NCBI GenBank assembly: GCA_036918135.1
Contig: JBALDB010000069.1
Location: 32,001-96,000, forward strand
DNA length: 64,000 bases
Source: Nostoc sp.
GTDB taxonomy: Bacteria > Cyanobacteriota > Cyanobacteriia > Cyanobacteriales > Nostocaceae
Reading direction: 5' to 3'
The notes beneath the pieces are model-generated. The model was given only the letters and a program-made list of their open reading frames with translations. It was not told the DNA's origin and ran no database searches. How positions within the stretch are numbered: the stretch's first letter is position 1; every line of letters begins with the position of its first letter. This document shows positions 52,805-62,588 of this stretch, in pieces. Position numbers and translations under genes: made by a program.

Positions 52805-53200
52805 CAAAAGATTTTTTGGTTACGGTTACGTAATTTTCAAGCGTATCTATCTTTAAATTAATAGAAGTTAATAAATGTTTTTAGGTATTTGTTAAAAAAA
52901 ATGACATTATTTTCTCTTGAAATTTAACTATAACTTGTAATCTCAAACCTAAAGTTGATTTGCTTAATAAAACTCCACTGTTAAGTGAGAGTATTTAAGC
53001 CTTAACATGTATGAATTCTCATAAAAACAACACTAAATATTTGTAGATTTAATTGAAATTTCCAGTAATTATATCGGAATAGTAGATTTATAAATTCTCG
53101 ATAAAATACCCCATTGACTCCTTAAAAATATAGAACTACTGTTAGAAGTAGTCCTGATAAGGACAGCATTAATGCATCAATAAATCAAGAGGTATTTCCG

Positions 53201-53572
53201 ATGATGATGATGATGGCTGAAACCATGACTTCCGAAATGCAAGCTTGTATGGAAGCTTGTATGGACTGTCACAAAATGTGCATGGAAACCATGACTTACT
53301 GCATGAGCAAAGGTGGTAAGCAGATGGACAAGAGCATGATGAGCATGATGACTATGATGCGCGATTGTGCAGAAATGTGCATGATGTGTATGAACATGAT
53401 GATGGGCGGTTCTGAGTTTATGGGACGTACTTGTATGCTGTGTGCAGAAATGTGCGATCGCACTGCTATGGCCTGTGAAATGATCGGCGACGATGCCAAA
53501 ATGATGGAATGTGCTGCTGCTTGCCGCAAATGTGCACAAACTTGTAGATCTATGCACATGATGCCTGCATAA
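53201..53572 (+). CDS. Cys-rich four-helix bundle (Csp/DUF326-like) protein, extremely Met-rich
   Basis: Repeated CxxxCxxC motifs; GAGG RBS; 16 Cys and 37 Met in 123 aa. Confidence 0.85.
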   Translation: MMMMMAETMTSEMQACMEACMDCHKMCMETMTYCMSKGGKQMDKSMMSMMTMMRDCAEMCMMCMNMMMGGSEFMGRTCMLCAEMCDRTAMACEMIGDDAKMMECAAACRKCAQTCRSMHMMPA

Positions 53573-53609
53573 TTCTCCTACTTCGCAGAAGTTTCTCTGC
53601 AACCTAATA

Positions 53610-53646
53610 TTCAAGCGCTCAGGCTCTTTGGGTCTGGGCGCTTGAA
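53610..53646. terminator. Terminator hairpin
   Basis: TTCAAGCGCTCAGGC pairs with GTCTGGGCGCTTGAA. Confidence 0.7.
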
Positions 53647-53714
53647 GTAAAAACCGTTTACGATGTATTAAAGTCAGTATTTAAACCAGTGCTATTAAGA
53701 TAAACGCCAAATTT

Positions 53715-56700
53715 CTAAGCTCGTCTTGCTAAATCTGCAACGTACAACGCTAATCGATCTGGCTCGACAGGTTTAGCAACGTGCATTTGAAACCCAGCCT
53801 CAATGCTCTGTTGTTGTTCTGACTCACTTACATAGGCAGTCAGCACAATAGCTGGAATTTGCCCTCCGGCTTCTGCACTTAGCGATCGCACTTGCCGAAT
53901 CAACCAGTAGCCATCTTCCTCTGGCATTCCCAGATCGCAAATTAGCACATCGTACCGACTAGGGTTTTTACTTAGAACCGCTAGAGCTTCTCTTGCAGAT
54001 GCCACAGTCAGCACTTGGGCCCCGTAGACTTCCAGCACAAATTTAACTATGTCACGGGCATCGGCTTGATCGTCAACCGCTAAAATCTGCAAACCCGACA
54101 ATGAGGGGACAAAATCGCTCGCAGGATCTGGGGCGACTTCTAACGCAGTCGGCTCTGAATCGCTCGACAGTGTAAACTCTCCTTGTAGATCCCTTTTTGG
54201 CAGCCTGACGGTGAACGTTGCTCCTTGTCCTGAACCCGGACTCTCTGCTTGAATAGTGCCACCATGCAGTTCAACTAGATACTGCACGATCGATAGCCCC
54301 AGTCCCAGCCCTGGCTTCGCTTTCGTGGTGCTGGAATCTCCTTGACGAAATCGCTCAAAAATATACGGCAACAAGTCTGGCGAAATTCCTTGTCCTGTAT
54401 CACTGATTTGAATTTGAGCGTGAGTTCTGTCAGATACAAGCCTAACTTCGACTCGTCCACCTTCGGGCGTAAATTTGATCGCATTCAATAAAAGATTATA
54501 CAGGACTTGCTGCAAGCGATCGGCATCGCCGACGACGATCTCAGAATTCAAGTTGGAAACGATTTGAATATTTTTTGCTTCGGCTGATAATTGCACTGTC
54601 TCGATCGCAGCTTGCACCAATAAAAGCAGATCGATGGGGCGGGTGATGAGATTGAGCTTACCGTTGACAATCCGAGAGGTATCTAAAATATCATTAATTA
54701 ACTGAGATTGCGCTTTTGCACTCCGCTCAATGATTTCTAAAGCAGTAGTTACCGTGGCTCGATCGAGTTCGCGGGTGCGTAGTATTTGTGTCCAGCCCAG
54801 CATGATGTTTAGGGGATTGCGGAGTTCATGCGAGAGGTTCGAGAGAAATTCATCTTTGGCTCGGTTAGCGGTTTCTGCCTGCTGACGAGCTAACTCTAAC
54901 GTGGCGGAATGGCGTTTGAGCGCGTCAACATCCAGGAAAACCATTGTCACCCCATCAATCTGATTTTCTGTTGTGCGATAGGGGCGAATGCGGAGGGTAT
55001 ACCAATAGCCTGCTTGGGTTTGAATCTCCTGTTCTTTGGTGTTAAGTGTCTCCAGTACCTCTGATATCATCGATTCTAAGTTGGGAACGTCAAAATTGGT
55101 GCGGAGGTCGCTAAAAGGTCGCCCGACATCGGCAGGGATGAAATTGAAAAGTCGCTGGGCTGCGGGCGTAAAGCGGTGAATAATTAAATCATTGGTCAGC
55201 ATGAGAATCGGAATACTGATGCTGTCAATAAAATTATTCAGATCGCTATTGTCTCGGTTTTGGCGCAAGTTGCGGTTGCGAAGTTCGTCGTTGGTCGTGG
55301 AGAGTTCTTCGTTGGTGGCTTGAATCTCTTCTTTAGCCGTTTGGAGTTCTTCATTTGTGCTTTGCAACTCCTCGTTGCTCGACAGAATTTCTTCGTTCGC
55401 CACTCGCAGGCTTTGGTTGAGATAATTGTGTTCTTGAATCACCGCTTGCAGATGCGCTTGAACTGAAAATTCGCGTTGCGTCGCGGCTGCTAGCGCCTGC
55501 CGTAGCTGAATAATTTCCCGCTCTAAGCTTTCGTTTTCTGATTCTTGGCTTTGAACAGTAGCAAGGCTTAGTTGAACCGCAGGTAAAGCCGCTTCAAAAA
55601 TCAGTAAGAAATAGAGAGGGTTCGCCGTAGCGGTTGCGGGTTTGAATGGAATCACTTCCAGATTCAGGAGGGTCGAGCGCTCACCCGCTTCAATGCGAAT
55701 TTGCTCTTGTCGAACTGAAAGGTTTTGGGTTTGGGCTTGATAAATTGCCGTTTGCAGCACGACGGTCAATCCTTCTCTTGCCATCAGCAGCACATTTAAG
55801 TTGGTTGTGTCAGCAGGCAACTTCAGGTAGGGATCGGCGTCTCCTCGCAGTTGCAAAATCTGCATTTGGTCATCGACTACGACAGATACAGGCGCATAGC
55901 GATTTGAGATTATTTGCTCGACTTCTCGCGCTAAATCAAAATTAGCAGCGATGGTTTCAGTTTTTCGCTGCCGCTCAACGTTCATGATGGGGTAAGAACT
56001 GGTTGTGAACGAAAACAAAGGACGGCTCAAGCTCAATTTTCTGGCATAGATTTTGAAGGTTTCGTGGACAGGCTTAAACAGGTCTGAAGAGTTTTTGACG
56101 CTTTCTGAACTACCCAACATCAGAAAGCCAGTCAAGTTGAGACTGTAGTGAAACAGGGACATAATGTATTCCTGCAACGAATCTGATAAGTAAATCAGCA
56201 CGTTGCGACAGCTAATCAAGTCGAGATTCGAGAATGGCGGGTCGCTCCCCAAATTATGCCGAGCAAAGACGCACAGTTCGCGGACAGTGCTGCTAACTTG
56301 ATAGCCACCGCTTGCCAATGGCACAAAAAAGCGGCTGCGGCGCTGCACTGAAATTCCTTGCAACTGAGTGTCTAAATAAAGACCTGAGCGAGCTTTCTCG
56401 ATCGCAGTTTCGCTGATGTCTGTAGCAAATATCTGAATTGGCGGAACGCTGGCGCGATCGCTAAAAAACTCTAATAGGCAAATAGCAATTGTATAAACTT
56501 CTTCACCCGTTGAACATCCCGCTACCCAAATCCGAATCGGATTGTCTGCTGATTTGTTTTGACTAATGCTAGGAAAAACCTGGGTTTTCAAGTATTCAAA
56601 GGCTTCTGGGTCGCGGAAGAAACTGGTGACGTGGATCAGGATGTCTTCATACAGCGCTTGCACTTCATTAGGATGCGCTTGCAAGTACTGAGCGTAGTCT

Positions 56701-57524
56701 TCCAGCCTATTTAACTTGTACAATAGCATCCGTCGCTGTATTCGTCGATCCAGTGTTGTCGGTTTGTAGAGGGTAAAATCAACGCCAGTTGTCGTCCGTA
56801 GCAGCGCAAAAATGGTGGTCAAAGCATCACCTGATTGAGGCAGTTGTTGGATCGGCGTTAGCGGTTCTGGGTGCAACAAAAAGGGATTATGACTAAGCTC
56901 TGCCAGTTTTTCAGCAATGGCTTCCGGCGGCAGCACAAAATCAACGTTTCCAGTGGCAACGGCAGTATTCGGCATATCGTCAAATCTAGCCGTGTTTTGG
57001 CACTGAGCAAAGGTGACGCCTCCTGCAACCTTGACGGCTTTCAGTCCTTGTGCCCCGTCTCCATCAGTACCCGATAGAACGATCGCGATCGCTTTGTTGC
57101 CCTGCTCGGCTGCCAATGAGGAGAAAAACGTATCTCCCGTCATATATCTTCCAAAAGTTTTCTCACGGGGAGCCAAATGCAGCATTCCATTTTTTAGCGT
57201 CATCTGAGTGTTAGGCGGAATGACGTAAATTTTGTTTGGCTCAACGGTCATCTGGTCTTGTGCTTGACACACAGCCATTTCGGTCACTCTACCTAGAATT
57301 TCGGACAGCAGGCTTTCGTAGTCCGGGGATAAATGCTGAATCAGCACAAATGCCATACCTGTATCTGTAGGTAGATGACTGATTAGCTCTGTAAATGCTT
57401 CTAGCCCACCCGCTGAAGCAGCGATGCCGACGACAGGAAAAAGGGCATCGGGTTGACCTGGGTCAGATACAATACAAGTATTCAATCCAGATGAATTGTC
57501 TGGAGCAGGTGAGTTAGAAGTCAT
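53715..57524 (-). CDS. CheB-CheR-PAS hybrid histidine kinase with receiver domain
   Basis: ASAGG/QH/GDG CheB triad; VTSFFRD, GCSTGEE and CRNVLIY CheR motifs; NEELQSTNEEL coil; SHELRNPL; NAIKFT; GLGLGL; C-terminal REC. Confidence 0.93.
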   Translation of the reverse strand: MTSNSPAPDNSSGLNTCIVSDPGQPDALFPVVGIAASAGGLEAFTELISHLPTDTGMAFVLIQHLSPDYESLLSEILGRVTEMAVCQAQDQMTVEPNKIYVIPPNTQMTLKNGMLHLAPREKTFGRYMTGDTFFSSLAAEQGNKAIAIVLSGTDGDGAQGLKAVKVAGGVTFAQCQNTARFDDMPNTAVATGNVDFVLPPEAIAEKLAELSHNPFLLHPEPLTPIQQLPQSGDALTTIFALLRTTTGVDFTLYKPTTLDRRIQRRMLLYKLNRLEDYAQYLQAHPNEVQALYEDILIHVTSFFRDPEAFEYLKTQVFPSISQNKSADNPIRIWVAGCSTGEEVYTIAICLLEFFSDRASVPPIQIFATDISETAIEKARSGLYLDTQLQGISVQRRSRFFVPLASGGYQVSSTVRELCVFARHNLGSDPPFSNLDLISCRNVLIYLSDSLQEYIMSLFHYSLNLTGFLMLGSSESVKNSSDLFKPVHETFKIYARKLSLSRPLFSFTTSSYPIMNVERQRKTETIAANFDLAREVEQIISNRYAPVSVVVDDQMQILQLRGDADPYLKLPADTTNLNVLLMAREGLTVVLQTAIYQAQTQNLSVRQEQIRIEAGERSTLLNLEVIPFKPATATANPLYFLLIFEAALPAVQLSLATVQSQESENESLEREIIQLRQALAAATQREFSVQAHLQAVIQEHNYLNQSLRVANEEILSSNEELQSTNEELQTAKEEIQATNEELSTTNDELRNRNLRQNRDNSDLNNFIDSISIPILMLTNDLIIHRFTPAAQRLFNFIPADVGRPFSDLRTNFDVPNLESMISEVLETLNTKEQEIQTQAGYWYTLRIRPYRTTENQIDGVTMVFLDVDALKRHSATLELARQQAETANRAKDEFLSNLSHELRNPLNIMLGWTQILRTRELDRATVTTALEIIERSAKAQSQLINDILDTSRIVNGKLNLITRPIDLLLLVQAAIETVQLSAEAKNIQIVSNLNSEIVVGDADRLQQVLYNLLLNAIKFTPEGGRVEVRLVSDRTHAQIQISDTGQGISPDLLPYIFERFRQGDSSTTKAKPGLGLGLSIVQYLVELHGGTIQAESPGSGQGATFTVRLPKRDLQGEFTLSSDSEPTALEVAPDPASDFVPSLSGLQILAVDDQADARDIVKFVLEVYGAQVLTVASAREALAVLSKNPSRYDVLICDLGMPEEDGYWLIRQVRSLSAEAGGQIPAIVLTAYVSESEQQQSIEAGFQMHVAKPVEPDRLALYVADLARRA

Positions 57525-57691
57525 AGAAGCACGAACGGATGGGGTTTTGTTGGGCTGGGCTGATCCTGTATTTAGGAAAATACTGTGCTAGAAGACGGGA
57601 AGCACTCTCAAGGCTCACCTTAATCTCAGACTAACTCATTGCGAGCAGCAAGGCTTGCAGTTATCGGAGTGCCAGAGGCATAAGGGCATTC

Positions 57692-57738
57692 ATCGAAGAA
57701 GACACGGGGACGCTCCGCGTCCCCGTGTCTTCTTCGAT
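57692..57738. repeat. Perfect 22-bp-stem palindrome
   Basis: ATCGAAGAAGACACGGGGACGC-TCC-GCGTCCCCGTGTCTTCTTCGAT. Confidence 0.9.
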
Positions 57739-57887
57739 AATTCGAGAAATCGTATAGTTCATTAAATAGTATAGAAGTGCAAAAGCACATCTACCTCTTG
57801 AATCTCTTCAAAGCCACTCCTTTGAGAATCAGCATGATTTACATCGGACTCAGGACGGATGACAGATCCAAAATTGCCTCTACTTAG

Positions 57888-58136
57888 TACAGCTTTGCGT
57901 AACATCGTAACGTTTTTAATGCAAGGAGACGCATTGGCATTGTCAGTCGATGCATTGGCATTGTTAGTCGATGCATTGGCATTGTTAGTCGATGCATTGG
58001 CATTGTTAGTCGATGCATTGGCATTATCAGTCGATGCATTGGCATTGTCAGTCGATGCATTGGCATTGTCAGTCGATGCATTGGCATTGCAGAGTATTGC
58101 CAAATTTAATTCGCTACAAATTAATGAAATGCTGTA
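57888..58136. mobile_element. MITE-like insertion with TACAGC/GCTGTA ends and CTTAG flanking direct repeats
   Basis: CTTAG|TACAGC...GCTGTA|CTTAG. Confidence 0.7.
57928..58089. repeat. 21-bp tandem repeat GATGCATTGGCATTGT(C/T)AGTC, 7 full units plus a partial one
   Basis: Directly visible contiguous units with no spacers. Confidence 0.95.
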
Positions 58137-58221
58137 CTTAGTTCGGGTGGGTGTTGTTGAGTTTAACGGAATCGCGGAAGTCCCCACCCTCAGATCCCGC
58201 AGGGTGGGGATAGGAAGCGGA

Positions 58222-59010
58222 GTCAGCCAAGAACATCTACGGGTGGTGCGTGGGCCTCACGAGAACGGATTTCGACCCGCAATTGATGCGTTATTTCGTT
58301 CAGGCGCGATTACTTATGGCCCCAGGGTTGTGGGTGTAATTCTCACTGGCTACCTGGATGATGGTACAGTAGGTTTACAAGCGGTTAAAAAGCGGGGCAA
58401 AGTTGCCATAGTGCAAGACCCACAGGAGGCACAATACCCCAGTATGGCAAAGAGTGCATTACAGTTTGTCAAGGTCGATTACTGCCTAACACTAGCAGAA
58501 ATCCCAAACCTACTAGTCCGTTTAACTAAGGAACCAGCAGCAGAAGAAAAAGCTTATCCAATACCAAAACAAATGGAGATCGAATCAAACATTGCTCTAC
58601 AGCAAATGAATACTAAAGAGTTTTTAGAGAATGTAGAAGAGATTGGGACTCGCACGACTTACACTTGTCCTCAATGTAATGGTAATATTTGGCAAATTAA
58701 GGACTCGAAGCCGCTGCGATTTCGCTGCCATACCGGGCATTCTTTTACTGCCGATGTCTTGTTGAGTCAACAAACTGAGAATATTGAAAATGCCTTGTGG
58801 TCGGCTGTTCGAGCTTTAGAGGAAAAGGTAACATTTTCGCGTCAAATGGCTCAACAAATGAAAAGTTACAATTTGTATCAAGCATACATGAAATATGAAG
58901 ATTATGCACGTAATTTAGACAAAGAGGTGTCAATTATTCGCGGATTAATCCTCAACGGCTTTGCCACGAACCGAGACATTGTAAAGTCAACTCAAGAACA
59001 GCAGGAGTAA
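58222..59010 (+). pseudogene. 5'-truncated CheB-type methylesterase with C-terminal Cys/His (zinc-ribbon-like) domain
   Basis: RGPHENGFRPAIDALFRS, LTGYLDDGTVGL, QDPQEA, CPQC...RFRCHTGH; the N-terminal GASAGG and catalytic His region is missing. Confidence 0.75.
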
Positions 59011-59085
59011 GGAGAGACTGCTCCTGTTGCGATCGCACTTCTGATATCAGTCGTCTCCTTTTTTCCTGCTATACATCTGTGCGTT

Positions 59086-60909
59086 CTATTCCATCAAAAT
59101 CAAGCGCAAAGGATCTAAACGCACATACCAAGGAAAAGGTTGGTCTTTTATACTTGCCCATTTTTCTTTAAACACTTCAGCTTGCAAATGATAATCTTGA
59201 GAATTATTAGCAGCAGAATGTAGTTTAAGAAATAATGTCATTCGATGGGGCGTTTCACTCGTCTGTGCTAGCCAACAGGGAAAGGTGTTTTCACGGGATG
59301 AGTCATTGGTGAAGAGGATTTGATGGGCACGGATGCCGATGTGAGACAATTCGCTATTGATTGCTTCCACGACTTGCAGGGTACAATCCCAATCAATTGC
59401 TTCTACCTGTTGCGGTGACTGAAGAATAATCTGGGAAAAATTTTTGCACCCGGTAATTTGAGCAACACCTACAGTGGTAGGACGCTCAAAAATATCGTAT
59501 TTGCTACCATGATGAACGGCTCTACCATGCTCCAGTACCAATAGATTCGGGCAAAGTCGATAAGCCTCTTCCATATTATGGGTGACAAATAAAGTCACAC
59601 CTTGGTAGTCAGCCAGAGTTTCTATCATTTGCTGCTCTAATTGACTACGCAGATGGGTATCGAGTGCGGAAAAAGGTTCATCCAAAAGCAGTGCTTCCGG
59701 TTGACTGGCTAATGCTCTTGCCAAAGCTACCCGTTGTTGTTGACCTCCTGAAAGTTGATGTGGATAGCGATCGCCTAATCCCTGCAACTGCACAGTTAAT
59801 AATAGTTCTTCTACCTGTACTCTAATACTCGCTGGTGATAATCCTTTGGGCAAGCCAAAAGCGATATTTTGCGCCACACTCATGTGCGGAAACAGGGCGT
59901 AATTCTGCACTAAAAAACCGATGCGGCGATCGCGACTGGGTAGATTAATTCCTTTTTCCGAGTCAAACAACACTCTGCCATTTAAAACTATACGCCCTCT
60001 TGTCGGCGTTTCTATCCCCGCAATGCAGCGCAAAATCATGCTCTTACCCGCCCCCGAACTACCCAATAATCCTAAAGGCTGGTCATTAGTAGTAAAACTA
60101 ACTTTTAAATCAAAGCTAGGAAGTATTTTTTCAATGTCTACAAACAATCCATGCAACTCAAAATTAGAGTCTGGTTGATAAAAAATTTCTCTCCCTGCCC
60201 CCTGCCCCCTGCCCCCTGCCCCCTGCTCCCTGCCCCCTGCTCCTCTCCTCTTCTCCCTCACTTCTTGCCAAAAGTTAACCCCAATAATTCCAGATAGAGA
60301 AATCACCATAATTACGATCGCCCAAAACCACGCTTCGTCCATTGCTCCGGCTTCTACAGCAAAGTAAATTGCCATTGGGATTGTCTGCGTTTGTCCGGGA
60401 ATGTTACCAGCCAACATTAATGTTGCCCCGAATTCTCCCAAAGCACGGGCAAAGGCAAGAGTTGTGGCAGCTAAAACACCAGGTAATGCTAGCGGTAAAC
60501 TAATACGCCAAAAGATTGTAGCTTCTTTTGCACCAAGGGTTCTGGCTACTCGCAGCAGATTTCGATCTATTTGTTCAAAGGCTCCTAGTGCAGTTTTATA
60601 CATTAAGGGAAAAGAAACGACTGTGGCGGCGATCGCTGCACCGTACCAAGTAAAAACAATCGAGAAGTCAAAAGTCTGCATGAATTTTCCTACAGGGCCA
60701 TTTTTGCCAAAAAATAGCAGCAATAAGAAACCTACAACTGTCGGCGGTAAAATTAGAGGAGCAATAAAGATACCCTCAATCAACGATTTCCCTTTGCCAC
60801 GATATCCCAGCATCCAGTAGGCAGCAGCAATGCCCAAGAAGAAAGTAATAAATGTGGCAAGTAATGAAGTTTTAAGTGATATCCAAAGGGGCGATAAATC
60901 CAATGGCAT
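59086..60909 (-). CDS. modBC: Molybdate ABC transporter fused permease/ATPase
   Basis: PLILPPTVVGF and FARALGEFGAT (ModB); GSSGAGKS, LSGGQQQR and LDEPFSALD (ModC). Confidence 0.92.
   Translation of the reverse strand: MPLDLSPLWISLKTSLLATFITFFLGIAAAYWMLGYRGKGKSLIEGIFIAPLILPPTVVGFLLLLFFGKNGPVGKFMQTFDFSIVFTWYGAAIAATVVSFPLMYKTALGAFEQIDRNLLRVARTLGAKEATIFWRISLPLALPGVLAATTLAFARALGEFGATLMLAGNIPGQTQTIPMAIYFAVEAGAMDEAWFWAIVIMVISLSGIIGVNFWQEVREKRRGAGGREQGAGGRGQGAGREIFYQPDSNFELHGLFVDIEKILPSFDLKVSFTTNDQPLGLLGSSGAGKSMILRCIAGIETPTRGRIVLNGRVLFDSEKGINLPSRDRRIGFLVQNYALFPHMSVAQNIAFGLPKGLSPASIRVQVEELLLTVQLQGLGDRYPHQLSGGQQQRVALARALASQPEALLLDEPFSALDTHLRSQLEQQMIETLADYQGVTLFVTHNMEEAYRLCPNLLVLEHGRAVHHGSKYDIFERPTTVGVAQITGCKNFSQIILQSPQQVEAIDWDCTLQVVEAINSELSHIGIRAHQILFTNDSSRENTFPCWLAQTSETPHRMTLFLKLHSAANNSQDYHLQAEVFKEKWASIKDQPFPWYVRLDPLRLILME
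60192..60243. repeat. In-frame heptamer repeat (CCCCTGC)n in the ModB-ModC linker
   Basis: About seven CCCCTGC/CTCCCTG units encoding GAGGREQGAGGRGQGAG. Confidence 0.85.
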
Positions 60910-61177
60910 AGTTGCGTCAGGAGAAATTAGCTCAACTAATCCCTAATTTACCAACTTTAATTTCAAAAAGTTGGTACAACTTGGTAAATTACATCACAAA
61001 CAGTGAAGGAAATTAAGGAAATCCGAAAAACAGAATATTCTTATTGGAATATATGTCAGGAATATTACATATATCTTGTGTTATGCGGTCTAGAGCGGAG
61101 TTTTTAACTCCAATCGCGACTAAAAAAATGTGACACTTGGCGCCAGTCTTAAAAAAATTGTAAGAGGACATTAATTT

Positions 61178-62275
61178 ATGGCTATCTATGGCACTTCTGG
61201 TAATGACAACTTAAACGGTACTGAATCTGCTGATATCTCGATTTTTGGCTATGCAGGCAACGATATTATTTATGGCAGAGGCGGAGGTGACATAATCGAT
61301 GCTGGAGAGGGAGATGACTATGTTTATGGTGGTGAGGGCGGCGATACCATCCTCGGCCGCGCAGGCAAAGATTACCTCTTCGGAGAGAACGGCAATGATG
61401 TTATTTTTGCTGAAGCTGGTGATGACTTTATCTGGGGTGGCGCAGGCACTGATACTTTATTGGGAGGAACAGGCAATGATACCTACCTCATTTCTGCATT
61501 GACAGGAGATACAGCTGATACCATTACTGAATTAAATAACGAAGGTACTGACACGGTTTTATCTTATACTAGCTACATTCTAGGGGCTAACCTAGAAAAT
61601 TTGACATTATTATACGCAGATACTGCTTACTATGGCTTCGGCAACACCCTCAACAATGAGATTATAGGAAATGATTACTCAAACTATCTGAGTGGTTTGG
61701 GAGGAAACGATTATCTCCAAGGTAAGGGCGGAAACGATTATATCTACGGTGGTGATGGCGTTGATAACCTAATTGGTGGGGCTGGTAATGACTCACTTTA
61801 TGGTGGGACGGGTGGTGATATACTCTTCGGTGACGAAATTGCCAATGATAGCAGCACCCCTGCAAATGACTACCTGAGTGGTGAAGATGGTAACGATCTG
61901 CTGTACGGGGGACATGGAAATGACACAATGATTGGTGGTGCAGGCAATGATTTCTTCAGTGGCTACGGTGGTAGTAGTGGCGAAATCGACAGGTATACTG
62001 GCGGTGCTGGGGCAGATACATTTAGCCTTGGTTACAACGGTTCTTTTACTAATATCGACTATTTGGGCAGTGGATATGCCATCATCACAGACTTTAAGTG
62101 GTTGGAAGGTGACAAGATTAGAGTTGGCGGTAGCATTAGTGATTACACTCTTCAAAAAACCTCGAATTTCAGCGGTAGTGCAGCCTTAGATACCCTGATC
62201 TACAGATATGGTGACCTAATTGCTGTTGTGCAAGATACTACGAACGTGTTTGCCTCTTTAGACTTTGTTGCCTAA
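61178..62275 (+). CDS. RTX/hemolysin-type calcium-binding protein
   Basis: Many GGxGxDxL nonapeptide repeats; GAGG RBS. Confidence 0.9.
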   Translation: MAIYGTSGNDNLNGTESADISIFGYAGNDIIYGRGGGDIIDAGEGDDYVYGGEGGDTILGRAGKDYLFGENGNDVIFAEAGDDFIWGGAGTDTLLGGTGNDTYLISALTGDTADTITELNNEGTDTVLSYTSYILGANLENLTLLYADTAYYGFGNTLNNEIIGNDYSNYLSGLGGNDYLQGKGGNDYIYGGDGVDNLIGGAGNDSLYGGTGGDILFGDEIANDSSTPANDYLSGEDGNDLLYGGHGNDTMIGGAGNDFFSGYGGSSGEIDRYTGGAGADTFSLGYNGSFTNIDYLGSGYAIITDFKWLEGDKIRVGGSISDYTLQKTSNFSGSAALDTLIYRYGDLIAVVQDTTNVFASLDFVA

Positions 62276-62588
62276 TTAATTTATTGTACGGATTGCAAAG
62301 TTTGTCTTAACTGATTATTTGAAGAGGGCGAGGAAGTGCGGGGTTAAAGGCAAACTCTCCCACAACATCACAGGAAGCATCTTTGACAATTCACAATTGG
62401 TGAATCAATACAAAGTTAAGAAAATAGGAAGTTGGGTTTATCGTGTGAAAACCCAACAAAGCTGTCAAATTCTAGTTATCGAACTCGCGTTAAAGTGTGT
62501 TAGACAAAAATATCTAGCGCACTTTACTACAAAACAGACATAAGCAGGCGCACCAATGATTTAGCTTGGCAGTGCGATCGCATCTCAA

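Larger units (their letters stand above)
57770..58226 (+). mobile_element. Probable IS200/IS605 end remnant, interrupted by a MITE
   Basis: Subterminal-type hairpin CCCCACCCT-CAGATCCCGC-AGGGTGGGG (58181-58209) followed by TCAG at the junction with the CheB sequence. Confidence 0.5.

Noticed and set aside
53177..53614. His-rich minus-strand ORF suggesting a metal-binding protein
   Set aside because: CAT codons are the reverse complement of the ATG-rich real gene, which has the RBS, terminator and Cys motifs.
57928..58089. Possible CRISPR array
   Set aside because: The units are contiguous with no unique spacers, and there are no cas genes; it is a tandem repeat.
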